A program made the translations under genes and the position numbers. The notes under the pieces were generated by a model, which saw only the letters and a list, made by a program, of their open reading frames with translations, had not been told where the DNA came from and made no database searches. This document shows positions 13,100-25,733 of a stretch of 64,000 nucleotides of DNA, piece after piece (the stretch's first letter is position 1; each line of letters begins with the position of its first letter). This DNA is from Anaeramoeba ignava BMAN (lineage: Eukaryota; Protista; Anaeramoebae): NCBI GenBank assembly GCA_028826165.1, contig JAPDFW010000102.1:162256-226255 (forward strand), in the 5' to 3' direction.

Positions 13100-15452
13100 A
13101 TGAATTCTTCTGATACAAAAAAACAAGAAACACAAACACAAACACAAACACAAACACAAACACAAACACAAACACAAACACAAACACAAACACAAACACA
13201 AACACAAACACAAACACAAACACAAAAACAAACAAAAGAAAACCAAAAAAATCAAGAAAAAGTTCAACACAAAAAATCTTTAAATTTAATATTAAAATTA
13301 AAATTAAAATTAAAATTAAAATTAAAATTGAAATTAAAATTAAAATTAAAATTAAAATCAAAATTAAAATTAAAATCAAAATTAAAATTAAAATTAAATT
13401 TAAAATTTAAAATCAAAATTAAATTAAAATTAAAATTAAAATTAAAAAATTAAAATTTTAAAATAAAAAAATTAAAATTTTAAAATTAAATTAAAATTGA
13501 ACATTAAATTATAATTAAAATTAAAATTAAAATTAAAATTAAAATTTAAAATCATAATTAAAATTAAAATTAAAAATAAAATCAAAATTAAAATTAAAAT
13601 TAAAATTTATAATTAAAATTAAATTAAAATCAAAATTAAAATCAAAATTAAAATTAAAATTAAAATTAAAATTGAAATTAAAAATTAAAATTAAAATTAA
13701 AATTAAAATTAAATTTAACAATTTTAGAATAAAATACATGGAATTTTAGCAGATCCAAAAGATCATCCCAAAAATGAACATCTTGTTTGTTAAAAAAAAA
13801 CAATTTAGATTTGAAATTTCTTATTAAGAAATAATAAATAAAATTGAATAAATATTTTCAAATAAATTAGTTACAATCACAATGGACTTTATGGATTCAT
13901 ATAAGATCAACTCCATATGAACAAGGATTTATTCAAATTGGAACATTTTCTACTATTGAAGAATTTTGGAGGTTGATTTCAAATCAAAATTAAAATTAAA
14001 ATTCATTTTAAAATTAAAATTAAAATTTAAATTAAAATTTAAATTATAATTAAAATTAAAATTAAAATTAAAATTTGTAGAAATTTTGTTTTTATTAAAT
14101 GTGGAGAAGATCTCCCAGAACCATGGAACTATTTTATCTTTCGAAAAGACACAAAACCACTTTGGAAAGTTTGAAATTCAAGAAAACAAAAACAAAAACA
14201 AAAATCAAATTCAAAATCAAAATTAAAATTAAAATCAAATTTAAAATCAAATCGAAAAAACAAAAACTTTCAAAAGTTTGAAATTAAAATCAGAAAATCA
14301 AAATAAAAATCAAATTCAAAATTCAAAAAAAACAAAATTAAAAAATTAAAAATTCAAAAATCAAAAAATCAAAATCAAAATCAAAATTAAAATTAAAATC
14401 AAAATCAAAATCAAAATCAAAATCAAAATCAAAATCAAAATCAAAATCAAAATCAAAATCAAAATTAAAAAATCAAAATTAATTTATAAAATTAAAAAGA
14501 ATTTTCCGCAAGGAGGAAATTGGTCAATTAAATTCAATGAACATTTGAAATCAAATCCCACAAAGCAACTAAAAATTAGAGAAAAATGGCTTAAATTAGT
14601 TAATATTAAATTAAAATCAATTAATAATTTTTAATTTAATTAATTATTAAAAAAAAATATTTTTTGAAAAAATTTGATTTTTAAATTTGAAATATTATAG
14701 TGTCTTTCAACATTAGGTGAATTTTGGGAAAATCCAAATATTGTTGGTATTAGTGTTTCTCGTAATCATTTAGGATTTTGTTTCTCAATTTGGACAGAAA
14801 TTTTAATTGATCCAAATTCAAAAAAGCAAAAGAAGTATTTTTTAAATTTAATATTAATTTTTAATTTTAATTTTAATTTTAATATTAATTTTAATTTTAA
14901 TTTTTATCCAATTTTGATTTTAATATTAATTTTAATTTTAATTTTTATCCAATTTTCATTTTAATTTTTAATTTTAATTTTAATTTTGTCCAATTTCATT
15001 TTAATTTAATTTTAATTTTTAATTTCAATTTCGATTTTAATATTAATTTTAATTTTAATTTTGATTTTATTTTAATTTCAATTTCGATTTTAATTTTTAT
15101 CCAATTTTAATTTTAATTTTATAAATGAATTTAATTTTAAATTTAAATTTTAATTTTAATTTAATTTTAATTTTAATTTTAATTTCAATTTTAATTTTAA
15201 TTTTAATTTTAATTTTAATTTAATTTTAATTTTAATTTAAATTTTAATTTTATAAATGAATTTAATTTTTAATTTGAATTTTAATTTAGATTTGAAAATC
15301 ATCTTATGAAATTTTTTCCTGATATAAATGCTGGATGGAAATATTCAAATCATGAATCATTACTTCAATCAAATAGAATGAAATCTCGACAACATTTTCA
15401 TAATCAAAAAATATCAAGATTTTCACGTTCTCCAAATAAACAATTTATGTGA
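13100..15452 (+). CDS. eIF4E: eIF4E-family cap-binding protein (divergent), 7 exons
   Basis: Exons ~13100-13261, 13728-13784, 13871-13971, 14081-14168, 14500-14598, 14701-14834 and 15290-15452 give EHL/LQSQWTLW..IGTFSTIEEFWR/N..YFIFRKDTKPLWK/NFPQGGNW..WLKL/CLSTLGE..IVGISVSR..FSIW, the eIF4E Trp pattern. Confidence 0.88.
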
Positions 15453-15618
15453 TCACAAATCAAAATTTCAAAAGAAAATTCCTTTTTTTTTTTAAAAAAA
15501 ACAATAACAAAAATTTTTCAATCAAAAAATCAATAAATTTCGAAATTAAATAAAAATAAAAGAATTTTTGATTTTTATTCTATTTTTTTAATTTTAATTT
15601 TAAATTTAAATTTTAATT

Positions 15619-16485
15619 TTAATTTTTTTCTGTTTTCATTTGATTTTTTTTATTGATTTTTTTCTTTGAATTTTTTTTCTCTTCAATGAATCTAATTTTT
15701 GCTTCTTTTCTTGCTTGTTTTTTTTGTTCAATTCTTTGATTGATTTGAATTTGTTCTAAAAATTTAAGACACATTGATTTTAATTTTTGAGCTCTAATTT
15801 GATAAGGATTTAATTTAATATCTCTTTCCATTGAAATATAATCATCATTATATTTATCAATAAGAATTTTGATTCCATCCATTTCACTTTGACATAATCT
15901 TTTTCTTCTAGGTTTTGCAGCTTTTGCTGCAATTCTTTCAAATTCTTGAATGATTGGAAATTTTGATTGATTTTTTTGATTTAAATTTTGATTTGAATTT
16001 TGATTTGAATTTTGATTTGAATTTTGATTTGAATTTTGATTTGAATTTTGATTTGAATTTTGATTTGAATTTTCTTTTATATTTTCATTTGAATTTTCTT
16101 TTATATTTTCATTTGAATTTTCTTTTTTATTTTGATTTGAATTTTGATTTGAATTTTCTTTTATATTTTGATTTGAATTTTCTTTTTTATTTTCTTTTTT
16201 ATTTTCTTTTTTATTTTCATTTTCTTTTTCAGATCTTTTTTTCAATTCTTCAAATATCTTCTTTTTTTTAATCTCTAATGTCTCAATTGGTACAATTGCA
16301 CTTCCTTTTATTGCAACTCGTTCAATCCCTTTTTGTGGATTTAAAACTAATCCCATTCTTCGATAATTTTGAATTAATGTTTGTTTTTTATTCCATCCAG
16401 TTCGTAAATCTGTTGCAACTTTTTTAAACGGTTTGATAGTTTGTCGTGTTTTTTTTCTAAGTCTTTGTTTTTTAGATTTTCCCAT
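15619..16485 (-). CDS. NOP16: Nucleolar protein 16 (60S biogenesis)
   Basis: WNKKQTLIQNYRRMGL and LIDKYNDDYISMERDIKLNPYQ match Nop16 motifs; central QNSN low-complexity insert. Confidence 0.88.
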   Translation of the reverse strand: MGKSKKQRLRKKTRQTIKPFKKVATDLRTGWNKKQTLIQNYRRMGLVLNPQKGIERVAIKGSAIVPIETLEIKKKKIFEELKKRSEKENENKKENKKENKKENSNQNIKENSNQNSNQNKKENSNENIKENSNENIKENSNQNSNQNSNQNSNQNSNQNSNQNSNQNLNQKNQSKFPIIQEFERIAAKAAKPRRKRLCQSEMDGIKILIDKYNDDYISMERDIKLNPYQIRAQKLKSMCLKFLEQIQINQRIEQKKQARKEAKIRFIEEKKNSKKKINKKNQMKTEKN

Positions 16486-16737
16486 TTAAAAAAAAAAATG
16501 AAAAGAAAAAAATGAAAAAAAAAAATGAAAAAAAAAAATTAAAAAAAAAATTGTTCATTGTTTTTAATTATCAAAATCAAAATCAAAATCAAAATCAAAA
16601 GAAAAGAAAAAGAAAAAGAAAAAGAAAAAGAAAAATTCAATCAATTTAAAGCAAAAAAAAAGAAAGCAAAAAAATCCCTAAAAGAAAAAAATCTGTTCCA
16701 CTTTTTTCTTATTTCTTATCTTTTTTCTTTTTTTCTT

Positions 16738-19719
16738 TTAAAAGACATTCAAAAGAATCAAAAGAAAAGCAAGAAAAGATAAAACGAGAGAATGAGCAGA
16801 ATTGAAAGTAATATTTTCACTTAAAGCACCATATTGACTGTCAAGAATTGGAGCAACCCAACAAGTTGCATTTGTATAAGAACTTGCAGTGTCAACTGTT
16901 GGTGAAGTTTTTGATGTTTCCCATAAATATAATTCTCCATCAATTATTGCCTTTACAAAATACTTTTGTGCTCCTGGATAACTGTCCCAATTTAATGTAA
17001 ATTGGTTACTTGATGGACTTACTTTTAATCCTGTTACAGTATCATTAAATTTAGTTAATCCATCGTTTGTACTTCCTGTTGCAAAATATGCATAATTTTC
17101 AATTCCACAAAGATTTATTCCTCTTTCAAATCGGAACTATAATTTAAAATCAAAATTAAAATTAAAATTAAAATTAAAATTAAAATTAAAATTTAAAATT
17201 AAAATTAAAATTAAAATTAAAATTAAAATTCAAAATTAAAATTAAAATTAAAATCAAAAATTAAAAATTAAAATTAAAATTAAAATTAAAATTAAAATTA
17301 AAATTAAAATTAAAATTAAAATTAAAATTAAAATTAAAATTAAAATTAAAATTAAAAATCAAATTTAAAATTAAAATTAAAATTAAAATTAAAATTAAAA
17401 TTTAAATTAAAATTAAAATTAAAATCAAAATTAAAATTAAAATTAAAATTAAATTCAAAAATTAAAATCAAAATCAAAATTAAAATTCAAATTAAAATTA
17501 AAATCATAATCAAAATTAAAATTTAAATCGGATAAAAAATTCAAAATCGGATAAAAAATAAACTTACAAAACCATTTTCACCCCAACCAGTTCCCCAAGA
17601 ATTTTTAACTCTCCAAAAAGGAGTAGTACCATCAGTACCATAACCTACAAGACTTGGAGCATGATTAGCATTACTTGGATTATTAGAGCAAGACATTGAA
17701 GTAGCAACACCATCTTCATAATAAGAAAGAGAATCAGCATCAATAGCAATACCAACAGGTCCATAACTAACAAGAATCTGTTGTAAAAGACCAACAGGAT
17801 CAGAATCTGTATAAAGGAAAACTGTGGATTGATTCTTCACTTTCACAAAACTGTTTGCTTGACAATTATCAAAACTTGTTCCTGAACATACTCCATTTTG
17901 TCCTTCATATCCCCATAAATAATCTCCACATGATCCATTTACTTGAATGTAATCTAATGCATATGATGTTACTCCTCCATCACATCCTGCACATGTTGTT
18001 GTGCAACTTATTACTTGTTGTTGTGATAAATCCATCAATATTCCATCGTTTAAATTAAACACTCCTTCTGCAACTGCTGTTGCTCTTTATTTCATTTTAA
18101 TTTATTATTAAATATTTAATATTGAATTGAATATTGAATTAAATATTGAATTAAATATTGAATTGAATATCGAATTAAATATTGAATTGAATATTGAATT
18201 GAATATTGAATATTGATTTGAATTGAATATTGAATATTGAATATTGATTTGAATTAAATTGAATATTGAATTAAATATTAAATTAAATTGAATATTGAAT
18301 TGAATATTGAATTGAATATTGAATTGAATATTGAATATTGATTTGAATTGAATATTAAATATTAAATATTTAATTAAATATTGAATTAAATATTGAATTA
18401 AATATTAAATATTGAATTAAAATTATTGAATTGAATATTGAATAAATATTAAATATTGAATTGAATATTGAATTAAATATTGAATTAAATATTAAATTAA
18501 ATATTGAATTAAATATTGAATTGAATATTGAAATTGAATATTGAATTGAATATTGAATATCGAATTAAATTGAATTGAATATTAAATATTGAATTAAAAT
18601 ATTGAATATTAAATATTAAAATTGAATATTGAATTGAAATGAATATTGAATTGAAATATTGAATTAAATATTAAATTAAATATTGAATCAAATTGAATTA
18701 AATATTGGATTAAATATTGAAATTGAATATTGAATATTAAATTGAAATTGAAAATATTGAATTGAAATGAATTGAATATTAAATATGAATTGAAATTAAA
18801 TATTGGAATTGAATTGAAATTGAATTGAATTATTGAATTAAATATTGAATATTGAATATTGAATTGAATTGAATATTAAATTGAATTGAATATTAAATTG
18901 AATTGAATATTGAATTAAATATTGAATTAAATATTGAATTAAATATTGAATTAAATATTGAATTAAATTGAATTGTTGAATTTTTTAATTGATTGAAATT
19001 GGATTGAATGATGAATGGAAAATTTACGAGAAAGCCTAATTTAAAAATAAAACAACAAAAGAAATTCTATTAGAAAAAGAAAAAGAAAAAAAAATTTTTT
19101 TTTGCCAGATGATCAAAAACAAACCCAACAAGCACCACAAGAACCTTGATTTTTAACAGCAGTAATATTATTTCTTAAATCATAAGTATCAGGAAGAGAA
19201 GTCAATGGTTGTAATTTTGAACGATCGATTGGATCATTTTTAAATTCAGGAAGAGGAAATTTAGTCAAATAAGCTTTAAATTCACCATCTGACCAATCAG
19301 TAAATTGATTTTCACCAGCTTTTGTTTAAAAATTTAAAATTAAAATTAAATTTAAAAATTTAATTAAAAAGATCAAAAAAGAAAAAATTCTTTCATCAAA
19401 ATTATTTTTAATCATTTTAATCAATCATTTTAATTATTTATTATTATTTATTATTTATTATTTAAATACCTCCCCAAGTTTGACTTGAATCTTCATTGTG
19501 CTTTTTAATTCTTTCTAAATTCTCTCGATAAATTTGTTTTCTTGCTTTATATTCTTCTGGTCCATAATTTTTATTGTGACTTTTAATGTAAATATCAAAT
19601 TCATCTTCTTTTATCTTTCCTTGTCTTGTTTTTGTTACTGTTTCTTCTTCTATAAGTTTTACTTTAGAAGAAAAAACAAAAGCTAAAATTAATAAAAAAT
19701 AAAGTAAATAAAACTTCAT
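16738..19719 (-). CDS. Cathepsin L-like (C1A) cysteine protease with FN3-like domain and GPI-type tail, copy 1 (5 exons)
   Basis: Signal peptide MKFYLLYF; I29 prodomain with ERFNIN-like EYKARKQIYRENLERIKKHN and GENQFTD; NQGSCGACW/AFS/ATAVAEG with microexon 19028-19035; ANHA; KNSWG; last exon VTGLKV..FTLNWDSYPGAQKYFV then NSAHSLVLSFLAFLLILLNVF*. Confidence 0.92.
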
Positions 19720-20211
19720 CAAAAAAAAAAAAAAGTTGAGAAAAAATTTTTCAAAAGTAAAAAAAAAAATAAATTTTAATTTTGTTTTAAATTTTCTTTT
19801 AATCTTATTCAATTTGCCTGAAACCCTTTCTTTTTTTTTTTTAAATTTTTGTTTTTGTTCAAATAACAATCTTTTATTTATTTTTTTTTAATTTTAATTA
19901 ATCCCTCTAAATCACTTTTGATCAGATGGCAAATAAAAAGATCAAAAAAAAAAAGAGAAAAGATCAAAAATTAAAAACAAAAACAAAAACAAAATCAAAA
20001 TTGAAATTAAAATTAAAAGTCAAATTTTTAAGATAAAAAGTTGTTCATTGTGTTTTTTTTTTGGAGTTGGCAAATCAAATCAATTTGAATTGAATTGAAT
20101 TGAAAAAAAAAAAGTAAATCAAATTAAAGCAAAAAAAAAAGCAAAAAAAAAAAAACGGAAAAGAGAAAAAAATTTTTTTGTTCCACTTTCTTTTTGTTTT
20201 TGTTTTTGTTT

Positions 20212-23200
20212 TTAAAAGAAGTTGAAAAGAATCAAAAGAAAAGCGAAGAAAGATAAAACGAGAGAATGAGCAGAATTGAAAGTAATATTTTCACCTAAAG
20301 CACCATATTGACTGTCAAGAATTGGGCCAACCCAACAAGTTGTATCTCCATAAGAACCAGCAACTAAGATCGTTGCCGGAATTTTTGATGTTTCCCATAA
20401 AAATAATTCTCCATCAATTATTGCTTTTACAAAATATCTTTGTGCTCCTGGATAACTGTCCCAATCAAGTGTAAATTCATCGTGTGCTGATTCAACTGAT
20501 AATCCTGTTACAGCTCCTGTGAATTTGGTTAATCCTCCATTTGATGTTGCTTCTACAAAATATGCAATATTTTCAATTCCACAAATATTTGAACCTCTTG
20601 CGAAACGGAACTATAAAATTAAAAATAAAAATAAAAATTTAAAAATTAAAATTAAAACAAAATAAAAATTATTTTAAAATTAAAATTAGAATTAAAATTA
20701 AAATTAAAATTAAAATTAAAATTAAAATTAAAATTAAAATTAAAATTAAAATTAAAATTAAAATTAAAATTAAAATTAAAATTAAAATTAAAATTAAAAT
20801 TAAAATTAAAATTAAAATTAAAAATTAAAATTAAAATTAAAATTAAAATCAAAATTAAAATTAAAATTAAAAATTAAATTTATTAAAATTAAAATTAAAA
20901 TTAAAATTAAAATTAAATTTAAAATTTAAATTAAATTAAAATTAAAATTAAAATTAAAATTAAAATTCATTTTAAAATTAAAATCGGATAAAAATTAGAG
21001 TTAAAATTAAAATTTAAATTTAAATTAGAATTAAAATTAAAATTAAAATTAAATATAAAATTAAAATTAAAATTAAAATCAAAATCATTTTAATATTAAA
21101 ATTAAAAAATTAAAAATTTAAAATTTAAAATTCAAAATTTAATTTAAAATTAAAATTAAAAATTAAAATTAAAATTAAAATTAAAATTAAAAATTAAAAT
21201 TCATTTATAAAATTAAAATTAAAATTAAAATTAAAATTAAAATTAAAATTAAAATTAAAAATATAAAATTAAAATTAAAATCGGATAAAAAATTTAAAAT
21301 CGGATAAAAAATAAACTTACAAAACCATTTTCACCCCAACCAGTTCCCCAAGAATTTTTAACTCTCCAAAAAGGAGTAGTACCATCAGTACCATAACCAA
21401 CGATAGTAACAGCATGATTAGCATCAGCATAAACACTTGAGCAGCTCATCCAAGTAGCAATACCATCATCATAATCAGAAAGAGAATCAGCATCAATAGC
21501 GACACCAACTGAACCATAAGTAGCAACAATTTGCATTAAAGCATCAACACGTTCATTTTCAGGAAGAGTATAGATATAAGTTGTGTTGATATCAGTCACA
21601 AAAACATTTGCATTGCTTTCACAGTTTGTTTTACTTGTTCCTGAACAGTCTTGATCTTGTGCTGCATATCCCCATAAATAATCCCCACATGCTCCGTTGT
21701 CCTTAATGTAGTTAAGTCCATATGATGTTACTCCTCCATTGCATCCGGAACATGATGTTTGGCAACTGATTAATTGTTGTTGTGATAAATCCATCAATAT
21801 ATCTTCATGTATTTTAAATGCACTTTCCGCTACTGCTACAGCTCTTTATTTTTTTTTTGTATATTTTTTTAGTTTAATATTTTTTTTTCTTTTTAAAATT
21901 TTTTACGAGAAAGACTAATTGTGTTTTTAAAAAAAAAGAATAAGAATTTAATTTTAATTTTAATTTTAATTTTAATATTAATTTTGATTTTAATTTTAAT
22001 TTTAAATTTAATTTGAATTTAAATTTAATTTTGATTTTAATTTTATTAATTTTAATTTTAATTTTTAATTTTAATTTTAATTTTAATTTTAATTTTAATT
22101 TTAATTTTAATTTTAATTTTAATTTTAATTTTAATTTGAATTTTAATTTTAATTTTTAATTTTAATTTTAATTTTAATTTTAATTTTAATTTTTAATTTT
22201 AATTTTAATTTAATTTAATTTAATTTTAATTTTAATTTTAATTTTAATTTTAATTTTAATTTTAATTTTAATTTTAATTTTAATTTTAATTTTAATTTTA
22301 ATTTTAATTTTAATTTTAATTTTAATTTTAATTTTAATTTTAATTTTAATTTTAATTTTAATTTTAATTTTTATTTTTAATTTTAATTTTAATTTTTATT
22401 TTCATTTTTCATTTTTCATTTTATTTAGTTTGTGAATAAATTACCCAACAACCACCACAAGAACCTTGATCTTTAACAGAAGTAATATTATCTCTCCAAT
22501 CAACAGTCACTGGAAGAGCAGTTAATGGTTGTAATTTTGAACGATCAAGTGGAGTAAATTCTAATTCAGGCATTGTGAATTTTGTTAAATAAGCATGAAA
22601 TTCTTCTTTGGTCCAATCTGTAAATTGATTTTCACCAGCTATTTTTAATTTTTAATTTAAATTTTAATTTTAATTTTAATTTAAATTTTAAATTTTAATT
22701 TTAATTTTAATTTTAATTTTAAATTTTAATTTTAATTTTAATTTTAATTTTAAATTTTAATATTGATTTTAATTTTAATTTTAATTTTAATTTTAATTTT
22801 AATTTGAATTTAATTTTGAATTTTAATTTTAATTTTAATTTTAATTTTAATTATTTTAATTTTAATTCCAATTTTAATATTTATTTTTAATTTTAATTTT
22901 AATTATTTTAATTTTAATTCCAATTTTAATATTTTTAATTTTTAATTTTAATTTTAATTTTAATTTTAATTTTAATTTAAATTTTAATTTTAATTTTATT
23001 TTTAATTTTAATTTTAATTTTATTTTTAATTTTAATTTTAATTTTAATTTTATTTTTAATTTTAATTTTAATTCTAATTTTTGATTTTTAATTTTAATTT
23101 TAATATTGATTTTGATTTTAATTTTTAATTTTTAATTTTAATTTTAATTTTTATTTTTAATTTTAATTTTGATTTTTAATTTTAATTTTTAATTTTAATT

Positions 23201-23897
23201 TTAATTTTAATTTTATTTTAATTTTAATTTTGATTTTAATTTTAATTTTAATTTTAATAATTTTAATTTTAATTTTAATTTTAATTTTAATTTTAATTTT
23301 AATTTTAATTTTAATTTTAATTTTAATTTTAATTATAATTTTAATTTTAATTTTAATTTTAATTTTTATTTAATTTTAATTTAAATAATAATTTTAATTT
23401 TAATTTTGATTTTAATTTTAATTTTAAATTTAAATTTTAATTATAATTTTGATTTTAATTTTAATTTTAATTTTGATTTTAATTTTAATTATAATTTTAA
23501 TTTTAATTTTAATTTTAATATTAATTTTAATTTTAATTTTGATTTTGATTTTAAAATGAATTTTTATGTTAAATTTTAATATTGGGAATTAAAAGGGAAA
23601 AAAATTTAAAAAAGGAAAAAATAAAAATTATAAAAATTTACCTTTCCAAGTTTGAGTTTCATCTTCATTATGTTTCTTAATTCTTTCTAAATTCTTAATA
23701 TAAATATCTTTTCTTGCTTTATATTCTTTTGGTTCATAATTTTTATTAAACTTTTCAATATAAGAATCAAAAGGATGTTCTAAAAATAATTGTTTTTTTG
23801 TTTTTGTTAATTTTGTTGATTCTCCTTCTTTAAGTGTAATTTTTGCAGAAAAAACAAAAGCTAAAATTAATAAGAAAGAAAGTAAATAAATTTTCAT
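20212..23897 (-). CDS. Cathepsin L-like protease-FN3-GPI, copy 2
   Basis: Same exon structure; DQGSCGGCW/SFS/AVAVAES with microexon 21907-21914; ANHAV; KNSWG; hydrophobic C-terminus ending LFNFF*. Confidence 0.92.
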
Positions 23898-24169
23898 TTT
23901 AAAAACGAAAAAAAAAATAAAAAAAAATAAGAAAAAAAATGAAAAAATAAAAACAAAAATAAAAACAAAAATATTAGGAATTGAAATCTTAAAATCAATC
24001 GCCGGCTAATTGTTCTCTTAATTTATTTTTAGTTTCTAATTAAAATAATAATTTTTTGATCTTTATTACTCAAAAATAATATTTATTAGTAATCAAATGT
24101 TTTTTTTTTATTTTTAATTATTTAATAATCAATTTTTCCTTTAATTTTCAATTCAAATCAAATCAACAA

Positions 24170-25570
24170 AAAAAAGTGGAATAAATCTATAAATCAAAAG
24201 TGGAATAAATTTGTAAATAAATTTGTAAATAAATTTATAAATAAAAAGTGGAATAAATTTTAAATAAATTTGTAAATAAATTTATAAATAAAAAGTGGAA
24301 TAAATATATAAATAAATTTGTAAATAAATTTATAAATAAATATATAAATAAATTTGTAAATAAATATATAAATAAATTTGTAAATAAATATATAAATAAA
24401 AAGTGGAATAAAATTTTGTAAATAAATTTATAAATAAATATATAAAAATAAAATGTAAAAATAAATTTGTAAAAAAAATAAATAAAATTTATAAATAAAA
24501 TTTGAATAAATATATAAATAAATTTGTAAAATAAATTTGTAAATAAATTTGTAAATAAATATAAAATAAATTTATAAATAAATTTGTGAAATAAATTTGT
24601 AAATAAATTTTAAATAAATTTGTAAATAAATTTGTAAAAAAATATGTAAATAAAAATTTATAAATAAAATTTATAAATAAATAAAAATTTGGAATAAATT
24701 TATAAAAAGTGGAATAAATAACTATAAATATAAATAAATTTATAAATAAATTTATAAATAAATAATAAATTTATAAATAAATTTATAAATAAATATAAAT
24801 AAATAAAATTTATAAAAATAAATTTGTAAATAAATTTGTAAATAAATTTGTAAATAAAATCTATAAATAAATTTGTAAATAAAATTGTAAATAAATTTGT
24901 AAATAAAAATTGTAAAAAAAAACTGTAAATAAATTTAAATAAAATAAATAAAACTTAAATAAATAAATAAAAAAAAGTGGAATAAATATATAAATCAATT
25001 TGTAAATAAAAAGTGGAATAAATTTGTAAATAAATTTATAAATAAATTTATAAATAAATTTATAAATAAATCTGTAAAATAAATTTGTAAACAAATTTAT
25101 AAATAAATTTGTAAAATAAATTTGTAAATAAATTTATAAACAAAAATAAATAAAATAAAATTTATAAATAAAATTTATAAATAAATTTATAAATAAATTT
25201 GTAAATAAATCATAAAATAAATTTATAAATAAAATTTTAAATAAATTTATAAATAAATTTGGAAAAATAAATAAATTTATAAATAAATTTGTAAATAAAT
25301 TTGTAAATAAAATAAATTTGTAAATAAACATATAAATAAATTTATAAATAAATTTATAAATAAATTTATAAATAAATTTGTAAATAAATATGTAAATAAA
25401 TTTGTAAATAAATATATAAATAAATTTATAAATAAATTTATAAATAAAAAGTGGAATAAATTTATAAATAAATTTATGTAAATAAATTTGTAAATAAATT
25501 TGTAAATAAATTTATGAATAAATTTATAAATAAATTTGTAAATAAATTTATAAATAAATTTGTAAATAAA
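24170..25570. repeat. Intergenic (AAATAAATTT[G/A]T)n 12-mer satellite with interspersed AAAAGTGGAATAAA
   Basis: Read directly; this tract generates the YKFI/TNLF pseudo-ORFs in the track. Confidence 0.88.
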
Positions 25571-25733
25571 AGAAAAAGAAAAAGAATGAGAGAGAAAGTT
25601 GTTCATTTTTGTTTTTGAGTTTTCCATTAAAATTAAAGAAAAAATTAAAGAAAAATTGAAAGAAAAAAAAATAATTTTGTTCCACTTTTTGATTGGATTT
25701 GATTGAATTTGATTGGATTTGATTTTGATTTTT

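Noticed and set aside
10605-13739. Short ORFs such as ILILIL, NFNFDF, LCLCLC and LKLKLK (also at 20652, 24861-25627, 26762, 48003-48479, 52426-52782)
   Set aside because: They are translations of intronic or intergenic microsatellites, or off-frame and antisense readings of real exons.
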